Position numbers and translations under genes: made by a program
Notes under the pieces: model-generated
What the model was told of the DNA's origin: nothing
The model's input: only the letters and a program-made list of their open reading frames with translations
Database searches by the model: none
Shown here: positions 30,458 through 42,677 of the stretch, in pieces
Numbering within the stretch: position 1 is the stretch's first letter
Layout: each line of letters begins with the position of its first letter
Source: an uncultured Chloroflexia bacterium
GTDB lineage: Bacteria; Chloroflexota; Limnocylindria; Limnocylindrales; CSP1-4
Assembly (NCBI GenBank): GCA_963759135.1
Contig: CAVWXU010000016.1
Coordinates: 69,909-133,908, forward strand
Length of the DNA: 64,000 nt
Reading direction: 5' to 3'

Positions 30458-32194
30458 TCAGCCGAGCGCCTGCTCGAGCGCGGCGCGCAGCGCCGCCAGC
30501 CCGGTGGCCGGGTCCGGCGAGCAGTCGACGCGGAGGACCGGCAGGCCGTGTGCCTCGAGTGCCTGGAAATCGCCGATCGCCTGCGCGTCGATGAGCGTCC
30601 CGAAGCTGTGCCCCGCGCCCGGGATCGGAAGGTCGCGCGGGTGCGGCGCGACCAGCTGCAGGAACCAGCCGACGGGTGCACCGCCCTTGTGCAGCTGGCC
30701 CGTGGAGTGAAGGTACCGGGGTCCGTAGCCGACGGTCGTGGCGCGTCCTGTGCGGTCGCGGAGCAGGGACTGGATCGCCTGGAGCGCCTCGGTCCGCTCC
30801 TGGCTGGGTGCCAGGTATGCCTGGATCGCCATGTAGCCTCCGGGCGCCGCTCGCCCGAGATGGCGCCGCAGCTCGCCACGCACGGTTCCGTCCCCGCCGC
30901 CCTGGCGGGCCGTGGCGTCGCCGACGAGCGTGAGCGGTCCCTCGCTTGCGAGGGGCTGCAGCGCCGGGAGGCTCCGATGCTCGTGGTACTCGGCGAGCAC
31001 GCGCCGGGTGTTGTCCTTCGACTCCGTCACGTTCGGCTCGTCGAAGGGGTCGATGCCAAGAACCGCGCCGGCAATCGCGGTGCCGAACTCCCAGCGAAAG
31101 AACTCGCCGCCGAGGCCCAGGTCAGGGTCGACCTCGATCTCGAGCACCGGGTGGCCGGCGAGGATCAGGCTCTCGATCAGCGGACGGGTGGCTTCGCGCC
31201 AGCCGGTGCTGCCGGAAACGAGGAGGCGGACGAACACCCGGTCGGGGCCGTACACCTCGGCAGAGCCGAGCGGTTCGCGGTTGACCGGCACGATCCCGAC
31301 CCCGCGCTTGCCGGTGCTCTCCGCGACGAGCTGCTCGGCCCACGCGCCGAACGGGGCGATCGCCGGGTCCGCGATGAACGTGAGCTTGTCCCGCCCGGCC
31401 TTTGCCAGTGCGCCGATCGTCACGCCCAGCGCGAGCCCGGGGTTGTCGGGGCCGTCCGCGCGGCACCGCTGCGCCATGCGCACGCCATGCTCCAGCAGAC
31501 GGGCGAGGTCCAGGCCGAGGAGAGCGGCGGGCACGCAGCCCACGTAGGTCAGGGCGCTGTAGCGACCGCCCACGTCCGTCGGGTTCAGGAAGATCTCCCG
31601 GAACTCGTTGTAATGCGGGATTCCCTCCATGCTCCTGCCGGGGTCGGTGATGGCGGCGAAGTGCAGGGCCGGCCAGTGGATGCCTCGCCCGCGCGCCTCC
31701 TCGTCCCAGAGCGAGGCCAGGAAACTCAGCGTCTCCGTGGTGGTACCCGACTTGGTCGAGATCAGGTAGAGCGTGGTCGCGGGGTCGAACGACTCGCGCA
31801 CCCAGCGGACCGCGTCGGGGTCTGTCGAATCCAGGACGTGGACCGGCAGGCCCATTCCCGGCGCGACGCCGTACGTCGATGCCAGCACGTCGGGGGCGAG
31901 CGAACTGCCGCCCATGCCACACAGGACCGCCTGTGCGAACCCCTCCTCGCGGATGCCGTCGGCGAACGCTCGCAGCTCGTCGACGTCCTCGAGGAACGCC
32001 TCGGGCGCGTGGAGCCAGCCGAGGCGGTTCGCGATCGTGGCCCGGGCGGACTCGTCGGCCGACCACAGCGTGGCGTCCCGGTTCCAGGCGCGGTCGACCC
32101 AGCCGCCGTCGAGCGCATGCTGCATCGCCGTCTCGACGGCGCCCCGGAGATCGTCCGGAATCCGGAAACCGGAGACGGAGAGGCTCTCGGTCAC
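30458..32194 (-). CDS. pgi: Glucose-6-phosphate isomerase
   Basis: 578-aa ORF with CGMGGSSLAPDV, LISTKSGTTTETL and VGGRYSALTYVG. Confidence 0.9.
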   Translation of the reverse strand: MTESLSVSGFRIPDDLRGAVETAMQHALDGGWVDRAWNRDATLWSADESARATIANRLGWLHAPEAFLEDVDELRAFADGIREEGFAQAVLCGMGGSSLAPDVLASTYGVAPGMGLPVHVLDSTDPDAVRWVRESFDPATTLYLISTKSGTTTETLSFLASLWDEEARGRGIHWPALHFAAITDPGRSMEGIPHYNEFREIFLNPTDVGGRYSALTYVGCVPAALLGLDLARLLEHGVRMAQRCRADGPDNPGLALGVTIGALAKAGRDKLTFIADPAIAPFGAWAEQLVAESTGKRGVGIVPVNREPLGSAEVYGPDRVFVRLLVSGSTGWREATRPLIESLILAGHPVLEIEVDPDLGLGGEFFRWEFGTAIAGAVLGIDPFDEPNVTESKDNTRRVLAEYHEHRSLPALQPLASEGPLTLVGDATARQGGGDGTVRGELRRHLGRAAPGGYMAIQAYLAPSQERTEALQAIQSLLRDRTGRATTVGYGPRYLHSTGQLHKGGAPVGWFLQLVAPHPRDLPIPGAGHSFGTLIDAQAIGDFQALEAHGLPVLRVDCSPDPATGLAALRAALEQALG

Positions 32195-32227
32195 GGTCGT
32201 CCTCCTTGTGGCTGCACGTCGCCGCCG

Positions 32228-34315
<2,088 letters not shown>

Positions 34316-34411
34316 CGGAGGCGACCCTCGATTCGCGGGAGACCGAGGCCGGTCAGCGGCCGGCACAGAAGGGTCTCCGCATCCCTCATCCATCGCTGGT
34401 TCGAGCCTGAC

Positions 34412-34418
34412 TACTATA
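34412..34418. promoter_or_regulatory. AT-rich divergent -10 candidates (TACTAT on plus, TATAGT on minus)
   Basis: ctactatatc is the only AT-rich patch in the 147-bp tkt/pfkB divergent spacer. It lies 45 nt upstream of the pfkB ATG and about 95 nt upstream of the tkt ATG. Confidence 0.3.
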
Positions 34419-34462
34419 TCGTCGTCCGTGAAGCCGCCCCTGGGGGTCGCAGGCACCTGACG

Positions 34463-35470
34463 ATGTCCGGGATCGCGAGCGCTCCAGCGGTGGGGTCGTC
34501 CCGCAGGGCGACGGAGGCCTCCGCCCGACCGGCGTCCGGCTCGCACCCCGGCTCGCCCTCCGTCCCGTCCCTCGTCGTGCTCGGGGACCTGGCGCTCGAC
34601 ATCGCGGTCTCGGTCCGCGAGCCACTCGATCCCGGGAGCGACGCGGCCGCGTCCGTCCGGTTCTACCAGGGTGGCTCCGCCGCGAACACCGCCCGCATGG
34701 CAGCCAGGCTCGGCGGCCGGGCATCGTTCGTGGGAGCCGTCGGACGCGATGCCTGGGGCCGCGCGCTCGTCCGAGTGCTCCGCGACGCGGGCGTCGAGGT
34801 GCACGCTCCGCCCGTTGCCGGCATGACGGCCCGCATCGTCGTGCTCGTGGCGCCCGACGGGGAACGGACGTTCGCCACCGAGCGCGGAGCCGCCGACGGC
34901 CTGCTGCCGGCGCACCTGCACCCGGCATGGTTCCGCCGGGATGGGCTGCATGTGCCCGGGTACTCGCTGTTCAGCGTGCCCCTGCGGGACGCGGCGCTCG
35001 CCGCGTGCCGACTCGCCCGGGAGGCGGGCGCTGCCGTCTCGGTGGACCTCGCGTCCCGTCGGCCGCTCCTCGCGCGCGGCCGACGTGCGGCGATGCGCGA
35101 CCTCCGCGCCGTGGCTCCGGACCTGCTCTTTGCCAACTCGGACGAAGCGGAGGCACTCACGGGCGGGGGGCGGCCGGAGGCGCTGCTGGAGGTCGCCGCG
35201 GTCGTCGCGCTCAAGCAGGGCAGGTCGGGATGCGTCGTGCTGGCCCGGACCAGGCCGGGCTCGGTCGCGCTGGCCGTGGGCACCCGCCCGGTCGAAGCGC
35301 GCGACACCACCGGCGCCGGCGACGCGTTCGACGCGGGGTTCCTGCTCTCCTGGCTGGCCGCGCCGCCGGAGGCACGCCACGACCCTCGCGTCCTTCGCAC
35401 GGCGGCGCTCGCCGGGCATCGCGCGGCGCACCGGCACCTCGGCGCGCACCGGCGTGAACTGGAGCCGTAG
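34463..35470 (+). CDS. PfkB-family carbohydrate kinase (ribokinase-like)
   Basis: This is the last 335 codons of the 1723-aa track ORF. Motifs: [18 protein letters not shown], and the C-terminal [14 protein letters not shown]. Confidence 0.8.
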   Translation: MSGIASAPAVGSSRRATEASARPASGSHPGSPSVPSLVVLGDLALDIAVSVREPLDPGSDAAASVRFYQGGSAANTARMAARLGGRASFVGAVGRDAWGRALVRVLRDAGVEVHAPPVAGMTARIVVLVAPDGERTFATERGAADGLLPAHLHPAWFRRDGLHVPGYSLFSVPLRDAALAACRLAREAGAAVSVDLASRRPLLARGRRAAMRDLRAVAPDLLFANSDEAEALTGGGRPEALLEVAAVVALKQGRSGCVVLARTRPGSVALAVGTRPVEARDTTGAGDAFDAGFLLSWLAAPPEARHDPRVLRTAALAGHRAAHRHLGAHRRELEP

Positions 35471-35471
35471 C

Positions 35472-35515
35472 CTCGCCCTCGGCTGTCACGCCCGTCGCCT
35501 TCGGCTGTCACGCCC
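35472..35515. repeat. 2 x 22-bp tandem repeat (YTCGCCYTCGGCTGTCACGCCC)
   Basis: ctcgccctcggctgtcacgccc followed by gtcgccttcggctgtcacgccc, immediately after the pfkB stop. Confidence 0.85.
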
Positions 35516-35643
35516 TCGCCTGTCCGCCTTGTTTCACCCCGGCCGCATCGGTACACTCGCCGCAACGGTCGTCGTTACGCTCAGCGAGCGGCGGGCAGGG
35601 AACGCGGGCTGATCGACCGGACGGCCAGTTCAGGGAGGCCGGG

Positions 35644-36174
35644 ATGCGCATCTACGAAGGAAGTCCCAGGCAGGACTTCGAAGAGGTGCTCCGCTCGATC
35701 GGGGCGATCCTCGACCAGCGGGGGCTGCGCGAGGTCTCGCTGACCGAGATCCCGGAGGGGTTCATCGTGCAGGGCCTCGCCGTGGAGCAGGCGGGTTCGA
35801 CGTGGTCGGAGTCCTACGGCGCGCAGCACAAGGAGACGCTGACCTTCGTCGACGACGACATCGCCCGGTTCATGGAAGAGGGGGTCGCGCGCCGTGACCA
35901 GCCGACCCCGGTCGCCTCGTTCGGCAGCGCCGGCGGGTACGAGGCCGCGCTGCGAGTCATCGGCCACTACATCGACGGGCAGCATCCGCGCGACGTGTTC
36001 TTCTTCGAGCAGGAGGGCGCGTACGTGCTGCGCTTGCTGACGGCGACGCCGGCGGGTGCGAAGCACCAGCTCGTGGAGTTCACACGGGAGGACATCGTCC
36101 AGCTCGCGGCCCAGGCGCCGGCCGGACGGGGATCGACCGCAGCGCCCGACGCGGCTCCCGGCGCCGCCGGGTAG
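35644..36174 (+). CDS. Hypothetical protein with an internal two-fold domain duplication
   Basis: The ATG lies 7 nt after GGGAGG. The 176-aa product has ordinary (non-junk) composition. Residues ~10-85 and ~100-160 align to each other (FEEVLRSIGAILD..REV..EGFIVQGL..H...F..DDI versus YEAALRVIGHYID..RDV..EGAYVLRLL..H...F.REDI). I recognise no family. Confidence 0.65.
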   Translation: MRIYEGSPRQDFEEVLRSIGAILDQRGLREVSLTEIPEGFIVQGLAVEQAGSTWSESYGAQHKETLTFVDDDIARFMEEGVARRDQPTPVASFGSAGGYEAALRVIGHYIDGQHPRDVFFFEQEGAYVLRLLTATPAGAKHQLVEFTREDIVQLAAQAPAGRGSTAAPDAAPGAAG

Positions 36175-36191
36175 GCGCCGATCTACCTTTC

Positions 36192-36225
36192 CTCGCCCTT
36201 GCCGTCAACTCGCCCTTGCCGTCAA
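36192..36225. repeat. 2 x 17-bp tandem repeat CTCGCCCTTGCCGTCAA
   Basis: Perfect duplication read directly in the spacer upstream of the 51-codon ORF. Confidence 0.9.
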
Positions 36226-36263
36226 CCTGCTAGCGTGGGCATCCCGATGCGGAAGGAGATCGC

Positions 36264-36419
36264 ATGAAGGCCCTGAAGATTGTCGCCGTGGCGCTCGGCG
36301 TCACGCTCGCCGCGCTCGTCGTCATCCCCCTCCTCGTGCTGGCCGGTCTGTTCATCTGGCTGAAGCTGACCGAGGAAGCGGACGACGAGGCGCTGGAGCT
36401 GGAGCAGGAGCCGTCCTGA
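36264..36419 (+). CDS. 51-aa single-pass membrane micro-protein with acidic tail
   Basis: It is below the track's size cut-off. GGAAGGAG lies 5 nt before the ATG. Product: MKALKIVAVALGVTLAALVVIPLLVLAGLFIWLKLTEEADDEALELEQEPS. Confidence 0.55.
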   Translation: MKALKIVAVALGVTLAALVVIPLLVLAGLFIWLKLTEEADDEALELEQEPS

Positions 36420-36512
36420 TCTCGCCGCCGCCAGGGCGGCGGGCCGGTGACGCCCGTCGGTGACCGGCGGACGCGAGCGGACGCGAGACGCGAGCCCCAG
36501 CCCGCTGCGACC

Positions 36513-36845
36513 CTAGCGGGCCCGCTCGGGCGCCGCCACTGCCGCGACGAGCAGCACGACGCCGATACCGATCGCACCGAACGGCCACAGCCGGTCCACG
36601 TCCACCGCAGGCGCCACCTGCCGCACCAGGAAGTACGCGCCAAGCATCACCAGCACGAGCCCGGCCACCAGGCCGCTTCCGATGCGCCGCCTGCCGGGGC
36701 GCCGCCACGCTTCGGGCTGCCATGATGATGGTGGCATGGGCGCATCCGGGGCGAACGTCGGGCCCTGCGAAGGTGTCGGCGGACGTCCGGCGGGCGCCGC
36801 CTCGTCGCCCGCGCCCCTCGGTTCCGATCCCGCCGCATTCGCCAT
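36513..36845 (-). CDS. Small membrane protein (Pro-rich N-terminus, two C-terminal TM helices)
   Basis: The start MANAAGSEP at 36845 is preceded by GGGAGG. The C-terminus is IGSGLVAGLVLVMLGAYFLV...WPFGAIGIGVVLLVAAVAA. The track ORF starts earlier, at 36944. Confidence 0.5.
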   Translation of the reverse strand: MANAAGSEPRGAGDEAAPAGRPPTPSQGPTFAPDAPMPPSSWQPEAWRRPGRRRIGSGLVAGLVLVMLGAYFLVRQVAPAVDVDRLWPFGAIGIGVVLLVAAVAAPERAR

Positions 36846-36915
36846 GGCTGCCTCCCGTTCCGCGCCCGTGAGCATACGCCGGCGGTTGCCTGGCCGACAC
36901 TCAAGGCGCTCGCGG

Positions 36916-38621
<1,706 letters not shown>

Positions 38622-38633
38622 GCAGAGGCCGTC

Positions 38634-38677
38634 GCTCGCGGGCGGCGTGCTCGCGGGCGGCGTGAATGCGTGAATGC
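38634..38677. repeat. Back-to-back micro-duplications (2 x 15 bp GCTCGCGGGCGGCGT, then 2 x 8 bp GTGAATGC)
   Basis: Read directly, 13 nt after the pyrG stop codon. Confidence 0.85.
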
Positions 38678-38719
38678 GCTCGGCGCGAATGGCGCGGGCG
38701 CGCGACCGGAGGGAGACGC

Positions 38720-39412
38720 ATGAAGCTCTTCATCGACACCGCGGACATCGACGAGATCCGGACCGTCGCCGGCTGGGGCGTCCTCGACGGCGTCACCACC
38801 AATCCCTCGCTGTTCGCCAGGACGAGCGGCAGGACGTACGACGACGTCCTGCAGGAGATCTGCCAGATCACGTCGGGCCCGGTGAGCGCCGAGGTCGTCG
38901 CGGAGGACCTGGACGGCATGCTGCGCGAGGGGCGTCACTTCGCGAAGCTCGCCGACAACATCTACGTCAAGGTGCCCATGTGCGAGACGGGGCTGCAGGC
39001 GCTGTCGCGCTTCCGCGCCGAGGGGATCAGGACCAACTGCACGCTCATCTTCACGGCAAACCAGGGGCTGCTCGCCGCCAAGGCCGGCGCCAGCCTGCTG
39101 TCGCCGTTCGTGGGGCGCCTGGACGACATCAACCAGGACGGCATGATCGTGATCCGGGAGCTCGTCTCGATCGTCGAAATCCACGAGCTCGATTCCGAGG
39201 TCCTGGCCGCCTCGATCCGCCACCCGCTGCACGTCACGCAGGCGGCCCTCGCGGGCGCCCACATCGCGACGCTGCCCTTCAAGGTCTTCCAGCAGATGGT
39301 GCACCACCCGCTGACCGACCAGGGGATCGACCAGTTCCGCGCCGACTGGGACAAGGCGCGAAGGGCGCTCGAGGCGAGCGCCAGGCCGGCGAACGCCACG
39401 TCCGGGTCATAG
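38720..39412 (+). CDS. tal: Transaldolase (short type 3B / fructose-6-phosphate aldolase family)
   Basis: The ATG at 38720 follows GGAGGGAG. Motifs: MKLFIDTADIDEI, GVTTNPSL, the Schiff-base lysine context IYVKVP, and NCTLIF. Confidence 0.9.
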   Translation: MKLFIDTADIDEIRTVAGWGVLDGVTTNPSLFARTSGRTYDDVLQEICQITSGPVSAEVVAEDLDGMLREGRHFAKLADNIYVKVPMCETGLQALSRFRAEGIRTNCTLIFTANQGLLAAKAGASLLSPFVGRLDDINQDGMIVIRELVSIVEIHELDSEVLAASIRHPLHVTQAALAGAHIATLPFKVFQQMVHHPLTDQGIDQFRADWDKARRALEASARPANATSGS

Positions 39413-39538
39413 CGGTGACGGCGCGCAGCTCCCGCGATGAGCGCGCCGGCCTGGGCACGCGCCGCCCTGGCGCGCCGGCCCTGGCGTCGGCCCGCGTGGC
39501 TCGGGCCGACACCCACGAGATCGCCCCGACACCCGGGT

Positions 39539-39566
39539 TGACCGAGCGGCGCGGCATGGTACCATT
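39539..39566 (+). promoter_or_regulatory. Candidate promoter TTGACC-N16-TACCAT for rho
   Basis: Hexamers read directly. They would give a roughly 165-nt leader that starts with a C-rich, G-poor tract (ccattccgatcgcacctcgttcccccgaatgccc). Confidence 0.35.
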
Positions 39567-39739
39567 CCGATCGCACCTCGTTCCCCCGAATGCCCGCCGG
39601 CCGGCGCATGAGCCTGCTCGTGCCCACGTCCGGCCACCGGGGAACCCATGCCACTGCGGCAGATGTGCGCCCGATCTGCCTGCCGTGCCGCATCCCGTCG
39701 GCGTAGACGAGACCAACCCACCTCGACCGGGACCGCCCC

Positions 39740-40993
39740 ATGAACATCAACGAACTCAAGACGAAAGACCTGCGCGAGCTTGTCGAGATCGGCGGCGACC
39801 TGGACGTCGACGACGCGAGCGAGATGCGGCGCGACGAGCTGGTCGAGCGAATCCTGCAGCGCCAGGTCGAGCGCGGGGGACAGTCGTACGCGACCGGGAT
39901 CCTCGACATCGTGGACGAGGGATACGGCTTCCTGCGGCGGCACGGCCTCATGCCCAGCCCGGAGGACATCTACGTCAGCTCCACGCAGGTCCGCAAGTTC
40001 GGGCTGCGGACGGGCGATCGCGTCGGCGGGGTGACGCGGTCCCCCAAGGACGGCGAGAAGTACTGGGGCCTGCTGCGGGTCGAGTCGGTCAACGGAGTGG
40101 ATCCGGACACGGCGCGCCGCCGACCGCATTTCGACGTGCTGACGCCGATCCATCCCATCGAGCTGATCAACCTCGAGACGGACCCGAAGAACCTCAGCCA
40201 GCGGCTGATCAACCTGGTGAACCCGCTGGGCAAGGGGCAGCGCGCCCTGATCGTGAGCCCGCCCAAGGCCGGCAAGACCGTGCTGCTGAAGCAGATCGCA
40301 AACGGCATCACGGTGAACTACCCCGAGATCCTCCTCATGGTCGCGCTCATCGGCGAGCGCCCGGAGGAAGTCACGGACATGCGGCGCTCGGTCAAGGGCG
40401 AGGTCATCAGCTCCACCTTCGACGAGCCCACCGAGAACCACACCCACGTCGCCGAGATGGCGCTCGAGATCGCCAAGCGCCAGGTCGAGACCGGGCGCGA
40501 CGTCGTGATCCTCCTCGACTCGATCACCCGCCTCGCGAGGGCCTACAACCTCGCGCTGCCGCCGTCCGGGCGAACGCTGTCCGGCGGCATCGATCCGATC
40601 GCGCTGTATCCGCCCAAGCGGTTCTTCGGCGCCGCCCGGAAGCTCGAGGAGGGCGGCTCGCTCACGATCATCGGCACGTGCCTGGTCGACACCGGGTCGC
40701 GCATGGATGACGTGATCTACGAGGAATTCAAGGGTACCGGCAACTCCGAGCTGATCCTCGACCGGAAGCTTGCCGAGAAGCGCATCTTCCCCGCCATCGA
40801 CGTCCAGCGCTCAGGGACTCGACGCGAGGAGCTGCTCCTCGAGGAAGGGACGCTCCGCATGGTGTGGACCATGCGCCGGATGCTGTCCGCCGTCGGCACC
40901 AACGAGGGCATCGAGCTGCTGCTGAACCGTCTCGCCAAGACTGACAGCAATGCGCAGTTCCTCGCCACGCTGACAAAGAGCCTGGACCAGTAG
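39740..40993 (+). CDS. rho: Transcription termination factor Rho
   Basis: 417-aa ORF with the N-terminal Rho_N (LKTKDLRELVEI), the CSD-like RNA-binding domain (GYGFLR), Walker A (PPKAGKT) and LLDSITRLARAYN. It lacks the long insertion seen in many actinobacterial Rho proteins. Confidence 0.97.
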   Translation: MNINELKTKDLRELVEIGGDLDVDDASEMRRDELVERILQRQVERGGQSYATGILDIVDEGYGFLRRHGLMPSPEDIYVSSTQVRKFGLRTGDRVGGVTRSPKDGEKYWGLLRVESVNGVDPDTARRRPHFDVLTPIHPIELINLETDPKNLSQRLINLVNPLGKGQRALIVSPPKAGKTVLLKQIANGITVNYPEILLMVALIGERPEEVTDMRRSVKGEVISSTFDEPTENHTHVAEMALEIAKRQVETGRDVVILLDSITRLARAYNLALPPSGRTLSGGIDPIALYPPKRFFGAARKLEEGGSLTIIGTCLVDTGSRMDDVIYEEFKGTGNSELILDRKLAEKRIFPAIDVQRSGTRREELLLEEGTLRMVWTMRRMLSAVGTNEGIELLLNRLAKTDSNAQFLATLTKSLDQ

Positions 40994-40995
40994 CC

Positions 40996-41080
40996 CGCTC
41001 GACTCGCGCGTCCACACAGTTCGACTCGCAAGCTCGACTCGCGACTCGCCACACAGTTCGACTCGCGAGTTTGACTCGCC
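40996..41080. repeat. Array of about 6 copies of YYGACTCGC inside two ~36-bp tandem units
   Basis: ...cgctcgactcgcgcgtccacacagttcgactcgcaa / gctcgactcgcgactcgccacacagttcgactcgcga / gtttgactcgcc. It starts 3 nt after the rho stop, and its last unit provides a TTGACT hexamer. Confidence 0.85.
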
Positions 41081-41111
41081 TGTTGACGGGATGGTAAGGT
41101 CGCGCCAACAT
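41071..41111 (+). promoter_or_regulatory. Two overlapping promoter candidates (TTGACT-N18-TAAGGT; TTGACG-N17-CAACAT) for the LysM-M23 gene
   Basis: Hexamers read directly, about 160 nt upstream of the TTG start at 41266. Confidence 0.3.
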
Positions 41112-41167
41112 TTCAGCCCCGCGTTCCGTGGACCGGAGAGTCCCGGCGTGGCGGCCACAGAACGCAC

Positions 41168-41184
41168 AGGTTGGGACCCAACCT
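41168..41184. promoter_or_regulatory. Perfect 8-1-8 palindrome AGGTTGGG-A-CCCAACCT (operator or hairpin)
   Basis: Read directly in the putative 5' leader of the LysM-M23 peptidase gene. Confidence 0.4.
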
Positions 41185-41265
41185 CATAGGGCGCTCCTTG
41201 GCGGTCGCCTTTCCTCCTGCGCACGACCCCGCGACGCGATCGCCTCGCTTGTACAGGAGACCGTA

Positions 41266-42585
41266 TTGCTGAACGCGTCTGTCGCCGCCCGCCGCGTCCG
41301 CGAGAGCGTTGCCCGCGCCCGCGTATCCGTCGAGCGGAGGCTCATCGCGCACACGCCCCGAACGTCCGCGGCATCGCCGCGCCGCACGGCCCTGGCGAGC
41401 ACCGAACGGCGCACGAGCCGTGCACTGGCTGCTGGGGCGATCGGGCTGCGCCGGCGCCTGGTTTCGCTGGCGACCGAGCGTCGGGGCGCGCCTCTTCTCG
41501 CGATCGTGCTGCTCGCCGTCGCGTCGCTGCTCTCGCAGTTCTCCGGCGTCGCCGCCGGCGGAACCGGCGGCACTGACGGCCCGGGCACCGCGTACAACCC
41601 CCGGATCGTCTCGATCAACGTCAACGGGCCGGATTTCGGCCAGGTCGATCCCTCGCTCTCCCTCCAGACGACGAGCTCCGCGCCCGGCACGGACGGGGCA
41701 GGACCGACCGCCGGCACGTACGCGATGGTTGACGGCAGCCTGATCAAGCCGATCACCGCCGACGCGAACGTCGCGGACATCAGCGGACAGGTCAGGACGT
41801 ACACGGTGCGCTCCGGAGACACGCTGAGCGGCATCGCGAGCCGGTTCGGCCTGTCGCTCATGAGCATCTGGTGGGCCAACCGCCTCACGTCGGCGGACAC
41901 GCTGCACATCGGCCAGAAGCTCCAGATCCCGCCGGTGGACGGCGTCCTCTACACGGTGAAGGCCGGCGACAGCGTCACGTCGATCGCGCGCAAGTACCAC
42001 GCCACGGCCGCTGACATCCGGGCGTTCAACAGCCTCACGGGCGACACCGTCGTGATCGGCCAGGAGATCATGGTGCCGGACGGGCACGGCGCTCCGATCC
42101 CGACCGCCGCGCCGGCTCCCGCGCCTCCCCAGCTCGCGAGCGCCTCATCCCCCGGATCCGGAGCGAACGGCCCGGTCGGTGGCGCGTGCACCAGCTGCTC
42201 GTACAGCGGCAGCATGCTGTGGCCGGTGCCCGGCGGATTCATCAGCCAGTACTACTGGTGGGGTCACCCGGCGCTCGACATCGCGGCGGCATACGGCACG
42301 CCGGTACTCGCCGCGGCCGCAGGGGTCGTCACCTACGCCGGGTGGCGCGACAACGGCGGCGGATACCAGGTCTGGATCAGCCACGGCAACAACATCTACA
42401 CCACGTACAACCACATGTCGGCCGTGATGGTCGCGGTGGGCCAGCACGTGGGCAGGGGAACGCAGGTCGGGCGCGTCGGTGCCACGGGCGACGCGACGGG
42501 CCCCCACTGTCACTTCGAGGTGTGGATCGGCCCCATCTGGGACGGGGGAACGCGCGTCAACCCGCTCAACTACCTCTCCCACTGA
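41266..42585 (+). CDS. Secreted/anchored peptidoglycan hydrolase: 2 x LysM + M23 (LytM) metallopeptidase
   Basis: The TTG at 41266 lies 6 nt after AGGAG. There is an N-terminal TM segment (LLAIVLLAVASLL). LysM repeats: YTVRSGDTLSGIASRFG and YTVKAGDSVTSIARKY. M23 motifs: HPALDIAA and GATGDATGPHCHFEV. Confidence 0.85.
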   Translation: MLNASVAARRVRESVARARVSVERRLIAHTPRTSAASPRRTALASTERRTSRALAAGAIGLRRRLVSLATERRGAPLLAIVLLAVASLLSQFSGVAAGGTGGTDGPGTAYNPRIVSINVNGPDFGQVDPSLSLQTTSSAPGTDGAGPTAGTYAMVDGSLIKPITADANVADISGQVRTYTVRSGDTLSGIASRFGLSLMSIWWANRLTSADTLHIGQKLQIPPVDGVLYTVKAGDSVTSIARKYHATAADIRAFNSLTGDTVVIGQEIMVPDGHGAPIPTAAPAPAPPQLASASSPGSGANGPVGGACTSCSYSGSMLWPVPGGFISQYYWWGHPALDIAAAYGTPVLAAAAGVVTYAGWRDNGGGYQVWISHGNNIYTTYNHMSAVMVAVGQHVGRGTQVGRVGATGDATGPHCHFEVWIGPIWDGGTRVNPLNYLSH

Positions 42586-42660
42586 CCCGACCGGGGCGCC
42601 GAGAGGGCGGGCACGGCGCTGTTCCGGCCGGCCGTCCCTGATGGGCGGCCACGGCGCTCC

Positions 42661-42669
42661 TGATAGCAT
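42661..42669 (+). promoter_or_regulatory. Extended -10 candidate TGATAGCAT ending 8 nt before the obg ATG
   Basis: Read directly. No Shine-Dalgarno sequence fits between it and the ATG at 42678, which suggests a leaderless or near-leaderless mRNA. Confidence 0.3.
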
Positions 42670-42677
42670 GCACCCCG

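Noticed and set aside
41100-41265. c-di-AMP (ydaO-type) riboswitch upstream of the LysM-M23 hydrolase
   Set aside because: The context is right, since cell-wall hydrolases often carry it, and ACCCAACCTCATAGGGCG faintly resembles the conserved 3' block. The other conserved blocks (GGGGA/GAATC-type segments, pseudo-two-fold architecture) are not visible. A covariance-model scan would settle it.
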